Below, piece after piece: positions 45,426 through 53,282 of a stretch of DNA of 64,000 nucleotides; positions within the stretch are counted from its first letter, which is position 1; every line of letters starts with the position of its first letter. Source of the stretch: Candidatus Zixiibacteriota bacterium (lineage in GTDB: Bacteria; Zixibacteria; MSB-5A5; GN15; FEB-12). Under the pieces are notes generated by a model. That model was not told the DNA's origin. It worked only from the letters and a program-made list of their open reading frames with translations, and made no database searches. The translations under genes and the position numbers were made by a program. Location: NCBI GenBank assembly GCA_034439475.1, contig JAWXAN010000070.1, positions 26,906 through 90,905 of the forward strand. The letters run 5' to 3'.

Positions 45426-45767
45426 CACTTCGAAAGCAGATGCAGGAAGAGCATATGCTGTCGCTCGTTGCAGCCCGGTATGACTTGCAGAGCCCCCTTG
45501 AAGTCGACCTTCTTGATCCCGCCCAAATTTTATTTGGATATCTGAGACCAAAAGAGTATCCTATTGGTATAGCCAGCGCTACCATGCGCTGGCCGATGTG
45601 GACTTCGTACCGATGCCAAACGTGAATAACATCACTCAGTTGCTGTCCTCCGTGCGCCGCCTGAGCCGCCGGATCGTCCGCCTCAGCCCCCGCCGCGTCC
45701 ATAGCTAACATCACCGCCAGTTCCTCCGGGATCGACTTACGTATAAGTGACTCGAAGAATAGCTCAG

Positions 45768-48700
45768 TTATTCAACCTGTCGGTTTTTCTGTTCACGCTT
45801 AAGTTGACTCAGCCGCCAGTACGTGTAAATGACTGGAATGACCTCAAGGGTTAAAAAAGCAGAAGTTATGAGTCCGCCAACCATCGGGGCGGCGATTCGC
45901 TTCATAACGTCTGCTCCTGAGCCTGTAGCCCAGAGTAAAGGAATCAGCCCGAAGAGCATAGTACCGACTGTCATCAGCTTTGGACGAACTCGCATAACGG
46001 TGCCTTCCATGTGCGCCCAGATAATATCGTCGAGATTGCGAATCTTTCCTGCCTGTTTGCGCTTCTCATAGGCCTGGTCAAGATAGAGAATCATCACAAT
46101 TCCAGTCTGAGTTGCTAATCCAACAAGGGCAATTATTCCTACCAATGTGGCGGTGGAATAGTGGTAGCCGAGGAAATACATCAGCCAGATGCTGCCGACT
46201 AATGCGAAGGGAACGGAAGTGAGGACAATAAGTGTTTCTGTAATATTACGGAAGTTCAAAAATAGGAGCACCATCACAAGAATAAGGGTAATTGGAATAA
46301 CCAATTTCATTCGCGCAGCCATTTGCTCGTATAGCTCATATTGTCCTGTCCATTTGAGATGGAAGCCCGCGGGCATGTCGATTTCGCGCCTTACAGCGGC
46401 CTTTGCTTCATTCACATAACCGCCTATATCACGTTGACTCTGATCAATGTCGACGTACACATAGCCGACCAGCATGCCATCCTCGTCACGAATCATTGGC
46501 GGACCAGTGACAATCTTGACTTCAGCAATTTGCCCAAGAGGAATCGATGAACGACCTCGTGATACGTTTGGGTCATTTGCACGACTCCCTCCAGATGAAC
46601 CAGACGAACTATTCATTGAAGATTTCGACCCTCCGCTCGGGGCAGATTGCAATGCTGAATACGGCGAATTCATAGGTAAGCCGCCCATACTTCCGCTGCC
46701 TGTTGAAGGAACTGACATGCCAGAAGGTTGATTGCCGGCAGATATAGATGACATTGAATTTCCACCAGATGACGTGTTTGAAATTGTCGTACTATTTTCT
46801 AAAGTCATCGGCAGAGGAACAAGAATCTGTTTCAACTGTTCTAGGTTGCTTCGGTATTCTCGCGGATAACGGACATTAATCGAAAAACGATTTCTACCGT
46901 CAACGGTTAAGCCAACCTGCGCGCCGCCAATGGCTGATTCGACAATGTCTTGTACATTTGAAACTGTCAAACCGTATCGAGCGATGGCCTTGCGATCCGG
47001 AATTATGTCTATAAAGTAACCGCCGGTGTTGCGATCTGAATAAACACTTCGTGTTCCTTCAAGTTTTGAAAGGGATTGTTCAAGCTGTTTGCCGATGCGT
47101 TCGATTTCTTCAAGATTGTTGCCGAATATTTTTACACCAATGGGTGTGCGAATTCCCGTGGAGAGCATATCGATACGTGTCTTAATGGGCATTGTCCAAG
47201 CATTTGTCCATCCAGGCATTTGCAGGGCTTTATCCATCTCAGTTGTCAGCTCATTCCACGTGATGTGCCTTGAGTCCGGCCAAATCGGTCGAAATACTGA
47301 TTTCAGGAAGTCTGGCGACCACGATGAATACCATCGCCTTTGAGGCACTTTCCGCCACTGATCATTCGGTTTTAACTGAACCACTGTTTCGATCATGCTC
47401 AGCGGTGCGGGGTCAGTTGGTGTTTCCGCCCGTCCGGCTTTGCCAAAAACAGTTTGGACTTCGGGGAAGGATTTAATAACTCGATCCTGAAACTGTAAAT
47501 ACTGCTTTGCCGCCTCTATAGAAATGTTTGGAAAAGTTGTTGGCATATAGAGCATGTCGCCTTCATTGAGCGGAGGCATGAACTCCGAGCCAATTTTTGG
47601 AATCATAGGAAGAGCCGAGAGAATGGCCATAATACCGATTGCAACGGTGGTCTTGGGATTGCGGAGCGCGACATAGACAAATGGTTTGTAGATCCCAATA
47701 ATAAATCGTGATACCGGATGTCGGGATTCTGGTCGAATTTTCCCCTTCAGTAAGGTGACCATAAGAGCTGGAGCGATCGTAATTGCAGTGATCGCTCCAA
47801 AGAACATTGCAAAGGTTTTGGTAAAGGCAAGCGGTTTGAAAAGCTTTCCCCCCTGACCGGTTAGCGCAAAAATCGGAAGAAACGATATTGTGATAATGAG
47901 CAGGGCAAAAAATATCGCAGGGCCTACTTCCTTAGCCGCAGCTATGATAACTTCCTTGCGATCAGTTTTATCTGTTGCATGCTCCAAGCGCTTATGCGCA
48001 TTTTCGACCAAGACAATACTCGCATCGATCATCGCGCCCACTGCAATTGCAAGGCCTCCCAGACTCATAATATTTGAGTTAATGCCCAGCAGATACATTG
48101 GAATAAAAGATAGGCCGATTGCAATAGGAAGTGTCAGTATAGGCACAAGCGAGCTTCCGAAATGAAGTAAAAAGAGAATGATAACCAGCGCGACCACAAT
48201 ACCTTCTTCGATGAGACTATGGCGCAAAGTTTCAATACTCCTCTCGATTAATCCGCTGCGATCGTAGACTGTCCTGAGTTCAATACCAGTGGGAAAGGAG
48301 GGTTGAAGATCTTTAAGTTTTGTCTTAATCCTCTCGATTACCTCAAGGGCATTTTCGTTGTAGCGCATGACCACGATACCGCCAACAGCCTCTCCGATCC
48401 CATCAAATTCACCGAGACCGCGACGCATATCGGGTCCAAGCTTCACTGTTGCAACATTCTGAAGCAGAATAGGCGTTCCCGTTGCTGTTGAACCAAGTGA
48501 TATCTCGCGAAGGTTATCTATGTTCTTAACATAGCCGCGGCCGCGTATAAAATACTCGCGCTCTGTCATCTCAAGGATACGTCCCCCGACATCCGAATTG
48601 CTTTGCCGAACAGCGCTTATAACATCGCTAATTGAAAGACTAAAAGCCTGCAGACGCACTGGGTCGACTTCAATTTGGTACTGCTGCTGGTATCCGCCCA

Positions 48701-49238
48701 CCGTGGCAACTTCGGCGACACCTGGAATTGCAGACAATGCCAATCGGAGATTGAAGTCTTGATACGTCCTCAAATCAGCAAGGCTATGTTGGCCGGACGT
48801 ATCGACAAGCGCATATTGGAATACCCAGCCAACGGCCGAAGCGTCAGGGCCAAGAAGAGGAGAGACACCTGGCGGCAGTTTCCCCTCGAATTGCTTCATG
48901 TATTCAAGAACTCTACTTCGCGCCCAGTATATATCAGTACCATCATCAAAGATGACATAGACGAACGACATGCCAAACATAGAATATCCGCGAACAGCCG
49001 AAACTGCTGGGGCGGACAGCAGAGCAGAGACAATGGGGTAGGTAATCTGGTCTTCAACCAAATCAGGGCTTCGACCCATCCATTCAGTCCAGAGAATTAC
49101 CTGTACGTCAGAAATATCTGGAATCGCATCAAGAGGTATACTTTTGATGGCATACCACGACCCGATAGAAGCAAAAACGGTAGCTATAAGAACTACAGAC
49201 CGATTGCGGGCACAGAAATCAATAATCGCTTTTATCAT
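45768..49238 (-). CDS. cusA: CusA-type heavy-metal efflux RND pump with an approximately 88-aa Ser/Gly/Met-rich insertion
   Basis: 1156 aa. [28 protein letters not shown] matches the E. coli CusA TM4 region ([26 protein letters not shown]). The overall CusA/CzcA architecture is present, with the insertion at 46545-46808. Confidence 0.9.
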   Translation of the reverse strand: [1156 protein letters not shown]

Positions 49239-49249
49239 TGTGTTCTCTT

Positions 49250-50893
49250 TTACTCTTTCATTCCGCCGTGACCGGCGTGAGGGTCAGATTGAATCGAGGT
49301 CATACCGGCTAATGCGGCCTTCAAGCGGCTCTCTGAGTCAATCAAAAAGTTCGCGCTGTTTACTACAATCTCCCCTTCGCGCAGGCCCGAAAGTATTTCA
49401 ATTCTGTCATCTGTGCGGCTGCCTGTAGTGATAAGTCGCGGTTCGAAATGGGAAGTATTATGCACAACAAATACATACTGTCGCGAACCTTCATCAACTA
49501 TGGCGTCTGGCGAGATTGTAAGCGCATCGGCAGCTGTCTGTTTAAACCGAACCGTAACAAACATGCCCGGTTTGAAATGTCCCTCTGGATTCGATAATGG
49601 AATCCGCGCTTTGGCTGTACGAGTGCTCTCGTTCAGAGTCGGATAGATAAATTGGACTTTACCTTGTATTGGATTAGCGGATCTGCCAAGGGTGATTTCG
49701 GCTGATTGTCCAGAAGAGACTTTGGTAAGGTCTGTTTCGTAGATATCTGCCAATACCCAGACTATGCTGAGATCGGCGACAGTATAGAGGGCTTGGTCGG
49801 AGGTGATGGATTGACCCACATTGACCATCTTCTCAAGCACAATGCCGCTAATGGGTGAACGTAAGAGCAGCTCAGGATTAGTTTTTCCAGACTTGATTAT
49901 TTCTTCTATTTCTTTTTCAGACAACCCAAGAAGGCCAAGTCTGTGGCGTGACGACAAGAGAAGCTCAGTTCTCGTTCTCTTTAATGTGCTGTCGCCAATT
50001 GATTGCGCAGCTGATTGGGCGGCAAGAAGAAACTCTTGCTGAGCTTGGAAGAGTTCTGGACTATAAAGAGACAGCAAAGGCTCACCACGTTCGATTCTCT
50101 GACCGGTTTCATTTATAAAAAGCTTTTGTACAAATCCATTCGTGCGGATGCTGACTGAAGCCGTTTTCGCTTCGTCAGCAACTATGTAACCAACAGTCTC
50201 GATATCTTCGCTCAGACTCTCGTGTTTAACTGTTTCGGTCTTGACGTTGATAAGTTGCAGACGTTGCGGTTCAATAGTCACCGATACCAACCCGGGCACA
50301 TTGCCAACATTCATATCCATATCGCCATGCATTTCATGCTCTTCTGCATCGCGAGGAATCAAATCCATTCCGCATTTTGGACATTCTCCGGCACTGTCTG
50401 AGACAACTTCCGGATGCATTGGACAGTAGAATTTGGCTGAAGAGTTTGTAGCTTTCATCGCTGGCTCAAGATTCATGCCGCACTTGGGGCACTTGCCCAT
50501 TGTGTCAGAAACAACTTCTGGGTGCATCGGACAGGTGTAGTAAACCGAGGTATCAGAAGTAGAGGTCATGTTTTCGGAAGGGGTATCCGCCATTATATGA
50601 TCTTTGCCGCCAATTGGAACAAGGCTCATGCCACAGATGGGACAATCCCCAGGCTGATTGCTCACGTATGTGGGATGCATTGGGCAATGGTATTGAATTT
50701 TTGCATCGACCGTCGTCTGCCAAGGCGCCAGGTCAAATGCTGTTAGAACCATTACTATGGCAAAGAGGGTCATAGCGCCAAGAAGGCCCCATCGTACAAT
50801 TGACATCGTTTTCGTACCGGGAGGAGGAGCTTCTTCGCCTTCTGGCATTGCATTTGGGTCATTAAAATTATGTACGTTGTGTTCTTCTGTCAT
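49250..50893 (-). CDS. cusB: RND periplasmic adaptor (CusB-like) with three N-terminal CPMHP...CPxCGM heavy-metal-binding domains
   Basis: 547 aa with a TM anchor. Three repeats (YHCPMHPTYVSNQPGDCPICGMSLVP, YTCPMHPEVVSDTMGKCPKCGMNLEP, FYCPMHPEVVSDSAGECPKCGMDLIP) are followed by EEHEMHGDMDMN and then the MFP barrel-sandwich and beta-barrel regions. Confidence 0.85.
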   Translation of the reverse strand: MTEEHNVHNFNDPNAMPEGEEAPPPGTKTMSIVRWGLLGAMTLFAIVMVLTAFDLAPWQTTVDAKIQYHCPMHPTYVSNQPGDCPICGMSLVPIGGKDHIMADTPSENMTSTSDTSVYYTCPMHPEVVSDTMGKCPKCGMNLEPAMKATNSSAKFYCPMHPEVVSDSAGECPKCGMDLIPRDAEEHEMHGDMDMNVGNVPGLVSVTIEPQRLQLINVKTETVKHESLSEDIETVGYIVADEAKTASVSIRTNGFVQKLFINETGQRIERGEPLLSLYSPELFQAQQEFLLAAQSAAQSIGDSTLKRTRTELLLSSRHRLGLLGLSEKEIEEIIKSGKTNPELLLRSPISGIVLEKMVNVGQSITSDQALYTVADLSIVWVLADIYETDLTKVSSGQSAEITLGRSANPIQGKVQFIYPTLNESTRTAKARIPLSNPEGHFKPGMFVTVRFKQTAADALTISPDAIVDEGSRQYVFVVHNTSHFEPRLITTGSRTDDRIEILSGLREGEIVVNSANFLIDSESRLKAALAGMTSIQSDPHAGHGGMKE

Positions 50894-50908
50894 ATTGATT
50901 TGCCTTAC

Positions 50909-52258
50909 TTATTCGATTGTATTGTTGGGTGAGATAGAAATCTCACCAGTTCGCATTCCCGCTTGAAGTAGTGTCATTGCCAAATCAAGCTTCAGTTGCT
51001 CAAGGGATATGGCGTTGTCTTGAACCGCTCTTGCCTGCTGGATTACAGAACTATATGGTGTACGATTGGAAGAATATCCAGACATTCCGATTCGGAGAGC
51101 GTCTTCTGAGGCAGGAAGAATGCGGTTCTCATAAAGATGAATTTGTTCCTGAATGCGAATTGCTTTCTCAAATAATGCTGTCAATTCGGCATAAAGTTCA
51201 CGTCGGCGCTGGGAAAGCTCACGCTCAACGCTTTGACTCATTATTACCATGGAATGAGCCATCTTTTTCTGCGAACGACCATTGAAAAGCGGTAATGATA
51301 CATTAGCGCCAAAACTGACCATATCATCGCGAGGCATTTCATCACCGCCCATCCCTATATCTGAACCGGAGCGAAATCCGTATTCTGTCCTCAGTTCAAT
51401 CATAGGCCATGACATCCGTTTGTTGGCTTGTGCTGATAGTCTCAATGACTCACTCTGTCCCTGTAGTCGAATGAGTTCAGGATTATGCTTTTCTGCTTGA
51501 TTTAGCCAAGCGATGGGCGATGTGGGCACTGGAAGGCTATCCGGCAAGAGCGCGACAACAGGTCGAGATAAATCCTCGTTTCCACGAAGGGCGTTAATTT
51601 GAATAGTTGCCTCGATAAGTTCCTGGCTATAATTGATTATTGCAGCTTCATGCCGCCATTTTTCACTTTCAAGCGCCAAGACCTCGTCCTGTCCTGCTAA
51701 GTTAGAACTAAATCGAGCATGAGCCGATGCGGTAAGCTGGTCATCAAGAGCATGCTGGCGGACAAGACGCTCCAATGTAGTCTGTCGAAAGTAGAGTTGA
51801 TAGAACGCCATAATCGAAGCCGACTCCACCTCAAGCTCCTTCATCGCGCTGTCTGCAGCCGCTTGGTCAATCTCCGCAAACGAGGCCTTACGTTCAAAGC
51901 CTCGCCTGCCGGAATAGGGGAGCTCCCAAGAAAGACCAAGAGTCTTCATGGTCATTGGGTCTTGGTTAACGTCGAACGAGGTGGGCAAATTCTCAATGCC
52001 AACCATAAGCATTGGATCGGTCCAAGCGCCGGAAGCCGATGATTTCTCGCGAGCCGATTCTATCATGAGCCTTGATGCCGCCAAGCGGTCGTTTCGCTCA
52101 AGAACCTGCGAGAGGAGCGAGCTAATCGTCAGCGTATCGGCATAGAGAACGTCAGGTGTCTCATTCGTCACCTGCGCGTCTGCAATACCATTAAGAAATA
52201 GCAAACTTGCAACAACTCTAATGCAGATCTCAATTCCTATTTGAGGAACCATGTTCAT
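50909..52258 (-). CDS. cusC: TolC/OEP-family outer-membrane efflux protein (CusC-like)
   Basis: 449 aa with a signal peptide. ISSLLSQVLERNDRLAASRLMIESA is a typical OEP N-terminal repeat, and the helical repeats are duplicated. It sits first in a C-B-A gene order. Confidence 0.8.
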   Translation of the reverse strand: MNMVPQIGIEICIRVVASLLFLNGIADAQVTNETPDVLYADTLTISSLLSQVLERNDRLAASRLMIESAREKSSASGAWTDPMLMVGIENLPTSFDVNQDPMTMKTLGLSWELPYSGRRGFERKASFAEIDQAAADSAMKELEVESASIMAFYQLYFRQTTLERLVRQHALDDQLTASAHARFSSNLAGQDEVLALESEKWRHEAAIINYSQELIEATIQINALRGNEDLSRPVVALLPDSLPVPTSPIAWLNQAEKHNPELIRLQGQSESLRLSAQANKRMSWPMIELRTEYGFRSGSDIGMGGDEMPRDDMVSFGANVSLPLFNGRSQKKMAHSMVIMSQSVERELSQRRRELYAELTALFEKAIRIQEQIHLYENRILPASEDALRIGMSGYSSNRTPYSSVIQQARAVQDNAISLEQLKLDLAMTLLQAGMRTGEISISPNNTIE

Positions 52259-52395
52259 TCCTTCAGCTATACTTCGTGCATAGCAAAGTTGATAGTTTTC
52301 GAAGATGTAGTGTTGCCCTTAGACAACAAAACGCCTTAACAATGTTGGTGTGGGATTAGCAGATCGTCCAGTTAAAAACGATCTGCAAGAAAAAA

Positions 52396-52830
52396 TCAGA
52401 GGCGAAGAACTGAGAATGTCCCCGGTGAATGGTCGAAGAAGAGTTCAAGGGCATGAGCATTATATGTGGAATAATCTTCAAGAGAAGATTGCATACCTTG
52501 TATCAGGGAGGGCAAATACGGTCCGTAAGAAAGCAGAGATAAAGTATTGATCTCTCCGACTTGGTCGCCAGCCTTCAAGTAGTAGAACCACCCTGGGCAA
52601 CAGCTATGACTACGTGAATGATCAGAGGAGGAATGACAGGGTGAAGTAGTACTTGAAGAGGTTTCACTGTGACAGCATGGAGAGGCCGGAGGCGTGTCCG
52701 TAGGCGAAGCAGTGGTTACCGCTTTTGAATCAGAAGGATAGACAATACTACAAATACATCTGGTCTCGAATAATGAGACCATCGCCAGCAGAGCGATAAA
52801 GAGTTGAAATTGTTTTAAAAGACTTTTCAT
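52396..52830 (-). CDS. Small secreted Cys/His-rich protein, unknown function (leader gene of the cus-like operon)
   Basis: 144 aa. The signal peptide is MKSLLKQFQLFIALLAMVSLF, followed by PCCHSETSSSTTSPCHSSSDHSRSHSCCPGW. There is no obvious SD, and the C-terminal half is unrecognisable. Confidence 0.45.
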   Translation of the reverse strand: MKSLLKQFQLFIALLAMVSLFETRCICSIVYPSDSKAVTTASPTDTPPASPCCHSETSSSTTSPCHSSSDHSRSHSCCPGWFYYLKAGDQVGEINTLSLLSYGPYLPSLIQGMQSSLEDYSTYNAHALELFFDHSPGTFSVLRL

Positions 52831-53282
52831 ATTTTAAAATAGTCTACACTAAGTGTCGACACAACTAATACATAAATCAAGAATAAAATGTTCATTTTAT
52901 TTTGGGGGGACAATGTCGCAACTTTTGAGCGCGGAGATTCATCAGGATTGAGAAGAAATACTCAAAAGTGACCGCAATCTTGTATACTGCTCCCTCGTCC
53001 ACAAGGGTATAATCCTTCTTTCGAGATTTAGTGTTTATTTTGGCTGAGTCACGAGATCTTGAAAGTGAAGTCAAAGTTTCTCTGAGCATATGATCCGGTA
53101 GAATTGCTCCAATGAAGAGAAGCGCGTCGTTTGCATGGCTGGTAACTAACCATTGTTTCCGCCACCTCTCAGGGGTGATATTGTAAAAGGATGTTTTAGC
53201 TTGCTTTTAAATAGAATTGGAATGATCTTTACTTAATCAATCAGATCGTACTCATCAAAACCTTAAAGGGATAATTCGAGTC

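Noticed and set aside
45412-45767. Overlapping ORFs at 45412-45714 (minus, 100 aa) and 45422-45625 (plus, 67 aa), between the left repeat arm and cusA
   Set aside because: Neither has a convincing start or RBS, or recognisable motifs. The minus-strand frame is open from just after the cusA stop and faintly resembles small proteins found downstream of RND pumps. The plus-strand frame looks like a frameshifted remnant. I could not decide between a decayed gene and non-coding sequence.
48675-49271. 198-aa plus-strand ORF
   Set aside because: It is antisense to cusA and has no motifs. The same reasoning applies to the ORFs at 11182-11796, 3888-4403, 1454-1903 and 41969-42454 that overlap confidently called genes.
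52892-53089. 65-aa minus-strand ORF in the cus/kinase divergent region
   Set aside because: It has no RBS, motif or signal peptide and is Lys/Arg/Ser-rich, so it is probably non-coding regulatory DNA.
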